Below are positions 24,875 through 38,218 of a stretch of 64,000 bases of DNA, in pieces. The stretch spans positions 3,968,001-4,032,000 of the forward strand of contig NC_089433.1 in NCBI RefSeq assembly GCF_026210795.1. The letters run 5' to 3'. Both the position numbers and the translations under genes were made by a program. Source of the DNA: Rhizophagus irregularis (taxonomy: Eukaryota). The notes beneath the pieces are model-generated. The model worked only from the letters and a program-made list of their open reading frames with translations. It did no database searches and had not been told where the DNA came from. The number at the start of each line of letters is the position of its first letter. Position 1 is the first letter of the stretch.

Positions 24875-25779
24875 ATTTCAATCGGTAGTGAAATTTATAA
24901 TAATTTATATAATTTAGCCAAACCTGTTCAGTTGTACAAGTAAAGATCGACTATACACAAACCGGCACATTGAGAAAAAAATTGTCCTGAGTAATAATTT
25001 CAGATAACAAGAGGCAACAGACCACGGCTTTTAGTATTCTATTCTTCCGGCTACCAATTAGTCACCAACCGGCATATGCATGATAGGTGGTGATTGACCT
25101 TAATTTTATAATGTATTAAAATGAACGCCGATTGATGACATTTTTATATCCTGCCATCAATCGGTCACATGCTGGCTGATGACTGATTGACAAAACAGTC
25201 ATTAATCGGTCATTTGGTTAAATAAATATGCCGAAACTATTAGTTCTGGCGTTTTTTAAATGTAAAATTACAAAAAAAAATGCCGAAACTAATAGTTCCA
25301 GTGTTTTTATATGCAAAATCACTGAAAACTGATGGTTCTGGTGCTTTATATGTAAAATTACGTAGTTCGAAAAAAAATTAAAGAAAAATCCAACTGAACG
25401 GAATTGAACAGGCCTAATAAATTCGACCTGTAGATGATGACCCAATGATGCCTGATTGGTTGATATTGACAATTAGTCATCAGTCGGCTACTAATCGTCA
25501 TATAACTGATTGGTAACCGATTGGAATTAACACCTGATTGATGACTGATTGGTAACTGATTAAAAGAATCAGTAACTAATCAGTTACCAATCAGTTATAT
25601 GACCGATTGGTGGCCAATTTATTATATTTTGACCTGTGCTTATAAATAGTAAGTTCATTTTTGGTCTTTTGGGATTGGAACTTAATTTTCTTTAACTAAC
25701 TATATATCTTTTTTTTTTGGTCGGACTTTCACTTCTTTTTTGGGCTTTATGGTTTTTTTTCTTTCCTATTATGTTTATT

Positions 25780-26420
25780 GTTTCTTTCTTTACCATTTCG
25801 TCTCCTATCATTCTTTTACCATCTCCATTTCGTTCCACATTATTTTTTCATCTCTATTTCATCCTATATCATTTTTTTATTACAATTTTGTTCTATATCA
25901 TCATTTCATTCCTTTCATCACCATTTCGTCTTTATCATTTTTTTCTATCCCCATTTCATTCTATATCACATTTTCATCATCATTTCAACCCATACCGTTC
26001 CTTTAATCACCTTTTTGTCTCCTATTTTTCTATCATCATTTCATTTTATATTGCTTTTCATCATCATTTCATTCCATATATACTGTTCTTTTCATTGCTA
26101 TTTCATCTGGATCATCTTCTATTATTCTTTTCCATTACCATTTCGGTTTATATCACTTCATCATTATAATTTCATCCTCATACCATTCCTTTCATCACCA
26201 TTTCGTTCTATATCACTTTATAATTTTCTTTCATCACCATCATGTCCTATATCATTTTTTCTCTATCATCACTTCATTCTATATTGCTTTTTCTTCATCA
26301 TTTCATCCTATACTTTTCTTTTCATTGTTATTTTGTCTCCTATTGTTTTTTTTCCATTATCATTTCATCCTATATTGTTTCTTATTACTATTTTTATTCT
26401 TTTTTATTTCTTATACTCTT
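25780..26420. repeat. TC-rich low-complexity degenerate repeat (TTTCATCACCATTTCGTTC-like)
   Basis: Explains the overlapping F/I/S-rich spurious ORFs at 25717-26525. Confidence 0.8.
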
Positions 26421-27190
26421 TTTGCCATTATTATTTATTTGACTGGGGTGTTCTTAAAAATTAAAGGTGTACGCAATTTTTTATTTTTTAGTCAGTTGTA
26501 TAAAAAAATTACACAAATAAAATAATTAAGTTTCATTAATTAATTATAATCACGTGATACTGGTGCTAACCACCATTGGTGGTAAATAGCAAACTTCTTA
26601 TTATATATATTTAAATAAATTTTTTACAAATAAATATTATATAATTATTAATAAATATAATTAGACTTCCATAGTAATATTTCATATAGTTACATCATAT
26701 AAAATTTCTCCTTATAATCATACCTTTGGGAAAATCCAATTTATATACTTATTATATAAAAAAACCTTTATATAATTACATCATAGTAAAAGCGAGCCTC
26801 TATATAGTTACCAATTTTTATAGAACCAATTAGATAACTATATAAAGATCTGACTGTACTAATAATAATATATAAAAAGTAAAATTATAAAACTGGTTAT
26901 TAATTAAACTTACTATATATTTTAATATATATAATGATTTAAATAATTAATATAATGTATATTAAATTTTATAATTGCAAAACTGGTTAAATTTATATTT
27001 AATTATATAATTTATTATAATAAATGGTAAACTTTATTAATTACTATGTAAAAATATGTCTAAACCTTTTACAGTTTTACCAGTTTTGTCAGTTCGCAGT
27101 TTCGCAAATTTTAAATTTTTTAATAAAATGTTTCAACTAGTTTCGATTTCAACAATTGTCTAAACTACTTAGTTTCGCCCAGCAACCTTA

Positions 27191-28022
27191 GTTATTCCAT
27201 CCATCATATTTATAACTTTTTGTACATTTTCTCCATTATCTGATATAAACTGACAATATGCACGTATTTCTCCATTTTCACTTTGTTTTCTAACAAAATA
27301 TTCCCATACCCAACTCACTTTTGTTTGTGGTTTAGTCATTGTAGTAGTTAGTTTAAAGGGATTTGGATTATTTGATATTTGACTTGTTAATTCAAGTACA
27401 GTTAACTTATTTTACTAGCACTTATCATCCTTTATTTTCCAAGTGTCCTAGATAATTTTTTAGGTCATCCTCTTTTTAGTATTAGAGCAATTTCTGTAAC
27501 TTCATCACTGGACTCTTCATTTTCACTTAGAGTAATATAATCTTGAACGTTACTGTTTTCCATAATTTTATGAATCATTTTCCACTATTCAAAAATATGT
27601 TTCAAGTGAAATTACAAAAAAATCCAAGAAAATGATTACAGTATTTATTTATTTTGGTTAGGGTTTAGGACTACATTAACTAACTGTACTTAAATTTATA
27701 AATAAAAAAATAAATGCTATAAATAAATTTTTATATCAATCCCACGAAATTTAATTGTTATAAATTTAATAAATGCCACGAATTTAGTAGTTAATTAAAT
27801 GCCATATATTTAATTAATTAAATGCCACATTAAATTAAATGAATGCTACGAATTTTATTTATTAAAAATAATCTACAGTAAAAAAAATTTAAATAATTTT
27901 ATCCAGATTTCAGTTTCTACCCAGATATATCCAGATTTTTATCCGAGTCAGATAATCCAGATAGAAACCGGATATTTTTTTAATTTATCCGGATGACGGT
28001 TTCTGCCCGGATCAAAACACTA
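27191..28022 (-). mobile_element. 5' end of a second hAT element with BED-finger exon remnant
   Basis: Minus strand begins TAGTGTTTTGATCCGG with ATCCRG subterminal repeats. Downstream it reads MENSNVQDY... KPQTKVSWVWEYFVRKQSENGEIRAYCQF, and is cut at ~27190 by another hAT-like end (TAAGGTTGCTGGGCGAAA on minus). Confidence 0.7.
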
Positions 28023-28714
28023 ATCGTGAGGAATCTAGCCATGTTCTGAAAAAAATCGTTTTTGTATTATCTTACGATCTATTGGTCCAATTTCGACAAT
28101 CTTTTTTTTATTTTGTAGAGGGCGTGGAGAGCTACATGACAAAAAAATGTTCATTGAAATTGAATTACTGGATCACGAGAAAATCGCAAAAAAATGATTT
28201 TTTTATTTTCCCCGAATTTGAATAGTGACTTTCACTACTTGTTATATTGATCACGAATTAAACTATATTCTTTATTTAAAAATTACTTTGTAATTTCTTT
28301 TAGTTGGTAAGTTATTTATCTAATTCTATTATTACTTATTATATAATACTTACATATAATTTAAACTAACTAAATTCTTTATTTAATAGATTGTAAGTTA
28401 TAACTTATAAGTTATTTATTTAATTCTATTATACTTATTGTTAAATATTTTCATATAATTTAAACTAATTAAATTCTTCACTCAAAAAATTATTTAATAA
28501 TGTAGCTTGTAGGTTGTTGTTATTTTTATTGTTATATATTTTATATAACATTTATTTGTTAACTGTATTCTTTCATCACTTAAATTTCTATTACTTTAGT
28601 TGGTAAAGAGATATATTACCTTAAATTCCTATTTAAATTTTAGAGTAAGTGTTAATTTTAATCTTAAATTTTAGTATAAATTTTATTATAAACTTTAATT
28701 ATTTAAATTTAAAG

Positions 28715-30043
28715 ATTTGGAAAAAGTGGAAATACAATCATAGATAAATTTATTCTTGAAGAAAAGTTAAAATGGATTCCTTATAATAAATTTAAAGATG
28801 TTGAATATCTTAATAAGAGAGGATTTGGTACTATATACAAAGCTATTTGGTTAAATGATGATAGAGATGTAGAAGTTATTCTTAAAAGTCATAATAATTT
28901 AAATGAAAATTTAATTGAATTTTTAAATGAAGTATGATAGTATATTATTTATTTTTTTAATTCAATTTATAATTTATTTATGTTAATATATTATTATTTT
29001 TTATAGTGGAAATATTTATGAAAGTTGAGGAAACTTAAAAGAAAAATTGAAAGTTGTTGGAATCAAAAGTTATATATGTTGTATAGCATTATTTCTGGAC
29101 TTAATTTTATATATAATCAAAATCTTATTCATTGTGATTTTCATGATGGCAATATTTTAAATCATAATAAGAGTAATATCTATGTTAGTGATTTAGGATT
29201 ATGTCAACCCGTAAAATCATTTTTTGTACCATTTATGGCTCCTAAAGTTTTAAGAGGCAAACCTTATACCCAGCTAGTGATATATACAGTTTTTCTATGA
29301 TTATGTGGGAATTTACATCTGGAATACCACCATTTGACAATATAGCACATAATATTCAACTTAGTTTAAGTATTTGTAAAGGTGAATGTCCTGAAATTAT
29401 TGAATATACTCCACAATGTTATGTAGATTTGATGAAAAAATGTTGGGATGAAAATCCATTAAAAAGGCCATCTTCTAAGGAAGTATTAGAAATTATTAAA
29501 AAGTGGATTATCTTCCTTTTAGCAAGAAAATTAAAGATATTAATAAAGAATTAAAATACAATATTCTGGATTCATGAATGCACTAATTGAGCATAATAAT
29601 CTTGTTACTGAATCTCATCCACATCCTTGTTATACAAGTCGCTTGCTTAATTTTACTAGTGAAAATTTGAATAAAATTCCTGAAAGTGAAATGCTAGTAA
29701 GTGAAGATTTGAATGATTATATAATTAAAGATTTGAAGTCATTAAGTATGTAATATATTATATATAAAAATTAATCTTGCAAATTATTTTTGTGAAATTA
29801 ATTTTATTTATTTAAATATTTATTAAAACAGATGAAAATACTAGTAAAAAATTGAGACTTGAAAGTGAAGATTCACAAGATAGTGCAAAGATAAATGAAA
29901 TGCTAGTAATAAATGAAGATTTGAGTGATGTATGGTTAATTTAAAGTCATTAGGTATTAAATATAGTATGATATAAAATAAATTAATTTTGCATGAAATT
30001 AATTATATTTATCTAATTATTTAGATATTACACAAATAAAATT
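28715..30043 (+). pseudogene. Tyrosine-kinase-like protein kinase pseudogene (glomeromycotan expanded family)
   Basis: SGNTIIDKFI...KWIPYNKFKDVEYLNKRGFGTIYKAIW, IHCDFHDGNIL, VSDLGLC, PFMAPKVLRGKPYT, MWEFTSGIPPF and CWDENPLKRPS. Deletions and frameshifts. Confidence 0.9.
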
Positions 30044-32027
30044 AATGCTTTAAAAAAGGTTTATATCTAATTTTTTAAATAATGTTTGATACACTACATT
30101 AAACAAAATAAAATTGTTTATTTTATTCTTTTTTGATTTATATAAACAATAAGTTTAAGTAATAAGATATTTTAAAGTTTCTTAGTTTGTAATTTAAATA
30201 ATTTCTTTTTTTTATATTTTATCCAAAATATTAAATACATGTATTCTTCTATTTTTATAATTATTTAATTACTAGTAAATATTTTATAACTTTCTTAATA
30301 GTTTGTAATTTGAATAAATCTTTTTTTTAAAAAAACTTTTTCAATTATTAAATCAAAATAATAAGTAGCCACAATTAGTAATAATTTGTTGATCATTTAC
30401 TTTTAAAAAATCATTAATTAAATTGAAGTTTTTTTTCAATTTTTACTTATAGAATTTATTACAAAAATATTGTTTTTTAATAAAATATTTTAAAACATTT
30501 AAAAGTATCTTTAATTAAAAATAAAGTTGCAGGCAAATTTGGCTCAAAATGACTTAAGGGATACAGCATATATATATATTGTTATGAGCGAGATGAACCA
30601 ATAAATATTGAACCCTCATGAATATTTGAATACTGTGGCAAATTTTAAATTGATAGATATGATTTGTAAATAAATTAGCATGAAAAAGAGGATATGTGCA
30701 ACAATATACATTATTAATAAACATAAAACAAATCATCTTTTTAAATAAATTTAATATTTTAGTAAAGGTTAAAAATCTAGATAAGATTGAGAAGGAACTC
30801 TTCCCACCGATCATTCAGACCAAAAATTTTAGGATGAAAGAAAAAGGCAGAAGAGTTCAAAAGTGCTTAGAGAAATTTATTATTTTACACATTTCAACAT
30901 TACCAACTGTTTATTCATTCTTTTACAAACATTTTGATATGAGGTTTAGAAGAAGTTTGTTAAAAGGTCTTAAATTTTTTTGACAAAAAATTTATTTCTT
31001 GCTGTCAACTTAATGGTAGTGACCCAAAAATAGCTAGGAAGGGCTAGGTGTTGCTCCAAATAAAATTTTGTCAGTAGGTGATAATTGAGGCTTGGAAAAA
31101 TAAAAGAAAAGTTGACCTTTTATAGTGAAGAAGTTCTTTGGATAGCTTGGAAATAGTAGTTTTTTGGGAGTTTTTTGTTACAAAAATTTTTTGTTGGTGC
31201 AGAAAAAATTTTGGCATGCAGATGGAATCTAAAAGTAGTAACAGAAGATTCAGTGAGGAACTAATTGGATTACAAGGAAATGAGGTGATTTACTGTGGGA
31301 CAAATTGTGGCAACAAATTTATCTGAGAAAGGGATCAGCCATATCCACAGTAATCAGGTGAGAGAAAAGTTTACGAGTTTTAGTTTCAGCTTGGGTGGTA
31401 GCAATGTAAATAAATGTAGACAAACAGTTGTTTTGTTCAAAGAAATACAAAAAGCTAATATTGTGCAAGTCATTGTGAATGGATAAAGTTACTATGGAGA
31501 ACGCGCTTTTTGGGAAGATGTATGCTCTACTGTGGGATCTAGCCAATTCTTCAGTGGAAAATGCTCTTTTCGGGAAGATGGATGTTTCACTGCGGGATCT
31601 AGCCAATTCTGTGATGACTGGTTTTAAGTTTTGAAAGAGAGGGTAGAAATAGAGTAGTTTTTGTGATTTTATTTTCTTTTTTGAGAAGTATGAAATGCGT
31701 AAGGAAAATGGTAGTTGTTAGTAAAGTATCTATGGGGAGTTTGATGGAGTTTAACATTGGCACTAATGCTTGGTTAAAAAGTTGTTAAATCAGGCATAAA
31801 ATAGTTAATGTTAAATTTATTTTTTCTTTTTTTGAAGTTGGGTTTAGTTGTAGTTTTCTTGTTTGTATGTTTCATTTTTGTTTTTAATAGATAGATACTT
31901 TATTAGCAGATGCACATCGTCTAGAACATGATGTGCCATTCAGCGATCATCATGTTATTAATAAAGTTTTTTTTAAAAAAAAAAAAAAAATCTAGATAAT
32001 CAAATATAATCTAAAATAATGCCAAAA

Positions 32028-33538
32028 TCATCTCTTTATAATTTGAAATACTTCATAATCTTCTATAGAAAATTGATCTTCAGTATCTCTTATCTCCCTT
32101 TCATATGAATACTTTTTACAATTACTAAAATTATAATCTTTAGATTCGCCATTATAAGAATATATATTAATATCATCACCAAAACGTGGACCACAGACAT
32201 TGAGATAAAAAACTGCAGAGGTTGTATTTTTTATGTTACTAATAATAACACTTTTAATATCCTTTTCTTTAAAAGAAAAAATAAAACTATCTTTAGTTTG
32301 ACCCAAGTATTAGAAGTTTCCCATTTTAAAGGATTATATCCACCAAGAATTTCTTCTGTTCCTTTTACTTTAATAAAAGTAATAGTATTATATTTATTAT
32401 CACATAATTCATGAAATTTTTTAGGTGTAAATCCATCTCGGCTCCCTCTTAACAATAATTGAAACCTGTATGGTAAATATAATTCTCTTAAATGAGCAAA
32501 ATTATTACTAACATCTATTTTATCTATCCTTCTTGAAAAAGTTGATATAATACTTAAATTATTAATAATACTTGAATCAATTATTCCATCAATTTTAAGA
32601 TCCCTTGGAAGTAAAATATCATCAGTTGGTTTACTATTAGGATCCAAATGAGAATTTAATACATCTTCATAAAGTTGATTTTTTAAGAGTTTTTTATAAG
32701 GACGAACTCTTTGTAAAAAATCTTTGGATGAAAAACTAAAAAATCTAATAAAGGGTAAATAATGTTGTAAATTATTTTCCATTGTTTTAAATTCATCATC
32801 TGACCAAGTAGTGGGATCAGGATTAAGTGTAGGATTTTGTGCAAGTCCCCATTTTAACACATGTTCCCAAACTTCAATTTCCTTCATTTGCAAATCATCT
32901 CTTTTAATTAGCTGGATTAAAGACTTTTCAGAAAGTGAAGTGAAATCAAGTGATTTAAATATCTTCTCTGGAGACTTTACCATAAAATCTGTGCAATACT
33001 GTTGAAGTTCTAACAAAGAATTTGATTGAAAGCTTGTTCTATGAATAAGTTCAAAATGTTGTTCCATCCACTCGGTTTTATTTTCAATTAAATATTTTTG
33101 TAAATAATCAACTAATTCTTGAATAAGGAGTTCATCTGCAGCTAATAATACTTTAAAAATTTCTGAATTATCTTGTTCGTTCAATGAAAGAATACCACAA
33201 TAAATATACCTATACAAAAAATTGAATTTCAAATATGAATATCTGAATATCTGAGATTATGAAATTTATTGCATATAAACTTACTTTAAAATAATTTGAA
33301 AGACTTCGGACATTATATTTGATAATTTAATATGAGCTAAAGCATTATCTTTATTCTTTTTATTAGAAGCCAAGGTTCGTCGTAAATATGGAGAACGGTA
33401 ACACAAAATATTCATATGGGCACGAAAGATTTTCACATTAGGGTCTTCTCCGACTTCAATTGTAACGTCATAATATTCATCATCCGCCAATAATTCAATA
33501 AAATTTTGGCTTAGTTTTGAAAGAAATTTTGTTGACAT
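32028..33538 (-). pseudogene. BTB/POZ-BACK-TLDc protein, paralogue 1 (1-bp frameshift in TLDc)
   Basis: Exons 33538-33285 and 33209-32028. One G of the WGQ codons is missing at ~32303 relative to paralogue 2. Confidence 0.85.
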
Positions 33539-34875
33539 TATTATTGTTTATAATTTACAAATTTGTGAAAGAGTGAAAAAACTTGTTACTTGTTACCGTA
33601 TAACCGTATTTATTAATGTTGATTTTTTACAAATATGACTAAATTGAATGCATGAAATACTACTTCTATTACGTCATAATCTGCAAAAGAGGACAAATCA
33701 AATTTGAAAATTGGATTATATAAGCGGATCATCATCGGATAAATTTTATAGTTCGGTAACAAATTTTTAAATAAAAACTTCGTCTAATTTAAAAATTGGA
33801 TCCCACTCTTCTTGTAAGAGTATCGCTTTAATCATATCTTAAAAATTTTAATTTATAATAGATAGACTTTTTAATATGGATAGATGTACGATACCATCAA
33901 AAGTTCAAAAATAAATTGAATAGTTTATGATATATTTTAATTGTTAAAATATTTCATAACTTAATATATTAATGGTAAAATAATAATATAATGAGAGTTT
34001 GACAAAATAATTCGTTAGAAAAGAAATAAATTCAATAACATGAATTTATTATCATTTATTTTACTCTAATGTTTTAAATTCGTTAAATTAATAATTCAGC
34101 TATATTTTTTTTCACTAAACCAGGATGGTTATGTAACACCGAAATAGAATTTTGGTCAGAAATAATGAACATCTCACTACAAGAAGAAAAATTTAACGAA
34201 TAATTAAAGAATAAAAACAACATCCATTTATCAATAAATATCACATATTTATATGAAAATAGATTTAATATTCTTGTACCAAAACTCGAGGCTATACTTT
34301 AAATTCACTTTTAACCATTTGCTTATAAGATGCGTTTATGAAATAGGTGAAAACTTGATAAATTTCAAAATTATTAACATATATTTAAAACATAATTTTA
34401 CTTACCATTAATTTATGTTGTTAAACTTTCCTTAATTGATGGATAAAGGAATAAGCCACTAATAAATTTAAGGCGATAGAAATAAAGAACGGCTAATTGA
34501 ATATTTCAAAAAATTATGATAAAAAAAAATTAAATCACAAGATTAACCGTGTTTTTGATTATTCAAGGTCGGATAGGGTGGCACAAATACGCTTTAGAAG
34601 AAAGTTCCAGAAAAACGCATCGTCATATGTATACGTATACACATTACACAAATAACACAATCTCTCAAGCTGATATAAAGCATGATATACGATATTTACA
34701 TATAATGTTTGCGGTGCAAAATTATAACCCATGTGACTATCTGACATTGAGAAAAAATATATGATAGAATAATGTACGTTATAATTAACATAAAACAAAT
34801 CATTTTTTTTTTAAAATCAATTAATACTTTAGTAAAGTTAAAAAAAAATCTAAATAAGCAAATTTAATACTAAAC

Positions 34876-36400
34876 TCATCTCTTTATAATTTGAAACACT
34901 TCATAATCTTCTATAATAAATTGTTCCTCGGTATCTCTTATATTTCTCTCATAATAAGAATTTTTACAATAATTATGATTATAATTTGCAAATTCATCAT
35001 TAGAATATAAAGTAATATCATTTCCAAAACGTGGACCACAATAAGCACTACAATAAGTTGCATATTCTGTCTTTACTATGTTACTAATAATTGTACTTTT
35101 AATATCCTTTTCTTTAAAAGAAAAAATAAAACTATCTTTAGTTTGACCCCAACCACTAGAAGATTCCCATTTTAAAGGATTATATCCACCAAGAATTTCT
35201 TCCGTCCCTTTTACTTTAATAAAAGTAATAGTATTATATTCATCATCACATAATGTATGAAATTTTTTAGGAGTTAATCCGTCTCGACTTCCTCTTAATA
35301 ATAATTGAAATTTATATGGTAAATATAGTTCTCTTAGATGATCAAATTTATTATTAATTACCATCTTATCAATACGTCGTGAAATAGTTGAAATAATATT
35401 TAAATTATTAACTAAATTTGAATTAATAATACCATCAATTTTAATATTTCTAGGAAATGAAATATTGTTGGTTACTTCACTATCAGGGTCCAAATAAGAA
35501 TTTAGTAAATCTTCATAAAGTCGACTTTTTAAAAGTTTTTTATAAGGACGAACACTTTTTAAAAATTCTTTGGATGATAAACTAAAAAATCTAACCAAGG
35601 GCAAACAATGTTGTAAAGTATTTTTCATGCTTTTAAAATCATCATCTGACCAAGTACTAGGATCTGGAAGAAGTGTAGAATTTTGTGCAAGTCCCCATTT
35701 TAATACATATTTCCAAACTTCGATTTCTTTCATTTGTAAATCATCTCTTTTAATAAGTTGAACTAAAGATTTTTCAGGAAGTGAAGTGAAATCAAATGAT
35801 TCAAATATTTTTTCTGGAGATTTTGACATAAAATCTGTGCAAAATTTTTGAAGTTCTAATAAAGAGTTTGATTGAAAGCTTTCTCGATGAATAAGTTCAA
35901 AATGTTTTTCCATCCATTCAGATTTATTTTCAATAAAATATTTCTGTAAATAATCAACTACCTCTTGAAGAAGTAGCTTATTCGCAGCTAATAAAATATT
36001 GAAAATCTCTGAAATGTCTTGATCATTCAATGAAAGAATACCACCATAAATGTATCTATATAAAAATTTAAATTTCGAATTTAGAATTCGAATATCTGAA
36101 TATCCGAGGTTATGAAATTTATTGTATATAAACTTACCTTAAAATAATTTGAAAGATTTCGGGCATTATGTTTGATAATTTAATATGAGCTAAAACATTA
36201 TCCTTATTCTTTTTATTATTTTTATTAGAAGCCAAATTTAGTCGTAAATATGGAGAACGGTAACACAAAATATTCATATGAGCATGAAAGATTTTCACAT
36301 TAGAATCCTTTCCAACTTCAATTGTAATATCATAATATTCATCATCTTCCAGTAATTCAATAAAGTTTTGACTTAATTTTGAAAGAAATTGGGTTGACAT
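34876..36400 (-). CDS. BTB/POZ-BACK-TLDc protein, paralogue 2
   Basis: Exons 36400-36138 and 36055-34876. Motifs YDITIEVG...AHMNILCYRSPY, RDDLQMKEIEVW, LLLRGSRDG...FH..CD, GGYNP, GPRFG and DYEVFQ. Confidence 0.93.
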
Positions 36401-37664
36401 AATTTATTTATAATTTTTTTTTAAAAAAATAAATATAAAACTGTGTTTGATATTGAACCTGGAAAGAAGGATTGTAAAAAAAAAAACTTTTTTTTTTTTT
36501 GATTATTTTAAACGTTTCAAAATTACAAATTGTGATGCACGCAGGTTCACGTAACGTAACATTGTGTTGTATCCTATCATCCGCCTAAAAGTAATACCAA
36601 AAAAAAAATATTTTTCCGGATATGAATGGAATATAGACGCATATGACATTTATAATAACTGATATTAAATTTGTGAGTAAAATTTTTAATAATAAATACT
36701 AAATCCAAAAATGCATTAATCTAAACAGAAAGTAAAATTCAAAATTTTATACTAAGGTTACCTCCATTAAGAAAAAATTATACTGCAGTTCAAATCCGGT
36801 TTCAGATGATAGTTTTACTCGCAGGAATTGGTGCGATTTGTAGGTATCGTATATTATCGATGACATTATTCGGTATTAAATGATCAAAATTTATTATTAA
36901 TATTTCACCGATAAATATTTAAATATTTGAGTGAATTATTAAATCTATATAATAATTAATTCAATATTTCTAATAATAAACGTTCATAAATTGATATTAG
37001 GATGAGCTTTATAAGAATTCTTTGAACAAGTTCCTAATCAATGTCGTAAAATGTGTTTTTAGTTTGGAATTAATTAACCAGGAACCGTGTGATGACCAAA
37101 AGATTGTCAAAAGTTCTGACAAAAAATTGTTCCGACAAACTAACTTATTCAACGATTAAGGTTTATTTATCAAAAGTATCAAGCTTCCCCATATTTTTTT
37201 TTTTTAATATGAAAACATAAAATTTTTATGTTATTGGTCAGTCTATTAGGATCATGTTGATTTTGATGAACTTTAATATAATGGGCTTATGACTAAATAT
37301 CAATATATTTGCAATCATATAGGCTAATATTAAATACATCAAAACTCAATATAAACATCTAATTATACTTTTTACTGTAAACTATCAGCATGATCTTGTC
37401 TGACTACTGACGCAATTCTAATATTATGTTAAATATGATTTACTTAATAGTTACTAAATTTTTTTTTTTTTAAAAAAAATACTAAATACCCTTAATTTAA
37501 AAGAATTTTAATAAAAACATTACGTGATACGAGGAAGCAATTGAAAATTTTGAAAAAAAAAATTTGTAAAATCGTAATAATATTGAAAACCTTGAAACGA
37601 AACATAAAGAAAATTCACAGAATAAAATATCTAAAATATAATTAAGGGGAGCTTATAAATAATA

Positions 37665-37749
37665 TTATTTACTGATCTAGTTTAGTATATAAATGGTCAT
37701 CATCCTTTCGGATGATAACCCATTTATATACTACTAGACTAGTAAATAA
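37665..37749. repeat. ~85-bp hairpin (about 40-bp arms, 4-nt loop)
   Basis: TTATTTACTGATCTAGTTTAGTATATAAATGGTCATCATCC-TTTC-GGATGATAACCCATTTATATACTACTAGACTAGTAAATAA. Confidence 0.85.
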
Positions 37750-38040
37750 CTAATACTTAATTTTGGAATGTCTAAATCTGGAAAATAATCTTTAATAACC
37801 TAATGGAACAATTTATCCCATAGAATTTTCAATATTTGAGCAAGAATATCAATGGTTGATACCTGGATGCTTATTCTAGATAGACCTGATTTTAGCGATG
37901 AATAAAGAATCTATCTTACATTATGTTACACAAAATTCTTGCATGAAATATCAATTTAAAGAGACAGTCTGTCCTTCATCACAAGATGAAGAAACAGCTA
38001 TATCCATTATAATCAAAAATTCAATTACATACGGTTTATT

Positions 38041-38218
38041 TATCGCCGTTTTCAAAATGGTGTACGCAGTTTATTTGTGATTGTATATTCGAATACCAAT
38101 ATTCGCCCGGTTTTCATCCGTTTTTTTGTCCATATTACGTCCGGTTTTCGTCCGGTTTTCGGTTTTCTTTTTTTTTTATTCAAATTTAACTGCGTACATC
38201 ATTTTGAAAACGGCGATA
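38041..38218. mobile_element. ~178-bp MITE
   Basis: 31-bp TIR TATCGCCGTTTTCAAAATGRTGTACGCAGTT. TSD ambiguous (TA or AT). Confidence 0.85.

Larger units (their letters stand above)
15807..25638. mobile_element. Full-length 9.8-kb CACTA/EnSpm-type DNA transposon (copy 2)
   Basis: TIR CACAGGTCAAA / TTTGACCTGTG and 3-bp TSD CTT (15804-15806/25639-25641). AATCRG/CYGATT subterminal repeats at both ends; encodes a Transposase_21-like protein. Confidence 0.95.
15441..26581. mobile_element. CAC-ended non-autonomous element with 4-bp TSD (Chapaev-like signature); ~1.3 kb once the nested CACTA is removed
   Basis: CACCAGTGGTGTTCAGCACCAGTATCATGTG versus the reverse complement of 26551-26581, CACCAATGGTGGTTAGCACCAGTATCACGTG. 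TSD GTAA (15437-15440/26582-26585). Similar TC-rich sequence on both sides of the nested element. Confidence 0.8.

Noticed and set aside
25717..26525. Hydrophobic ORFs as membrane proteins
   Set aside because: Several overlapping frames are open because of TC-rich low complexity.
26660..26858. pogo/Tc1-like MITE ending ...GATCTGACTG-TA
   Set aside because: Only one end is recognisable, so it cannot be delimited.
9153..28022. One hAT element bounded by TAGTGTTGCGATC and GATCAAAACACTA
   Set aside because: Flanking 8-mers differ (GTTTTGTA versus ATCGTGAG), and the 28022 end leads into its own minus-strand BED exon. The alternative end at 27190 (followed by GTTATTCC) also fails the TSD test.
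31960..31990. AATAAA + poly(A) as a retroposon tail
   Set aside because: A similar AAAGTT-A-run-TCTA sequence lies at the equivalent position next to paralogue 2 (~34833-34852), so it is part of the gene flank; no TSD found.
34549..34798. Short overlapping ORFs between paralogues 1 and 2
   Set aside because: No recognisable motif or splice structure.
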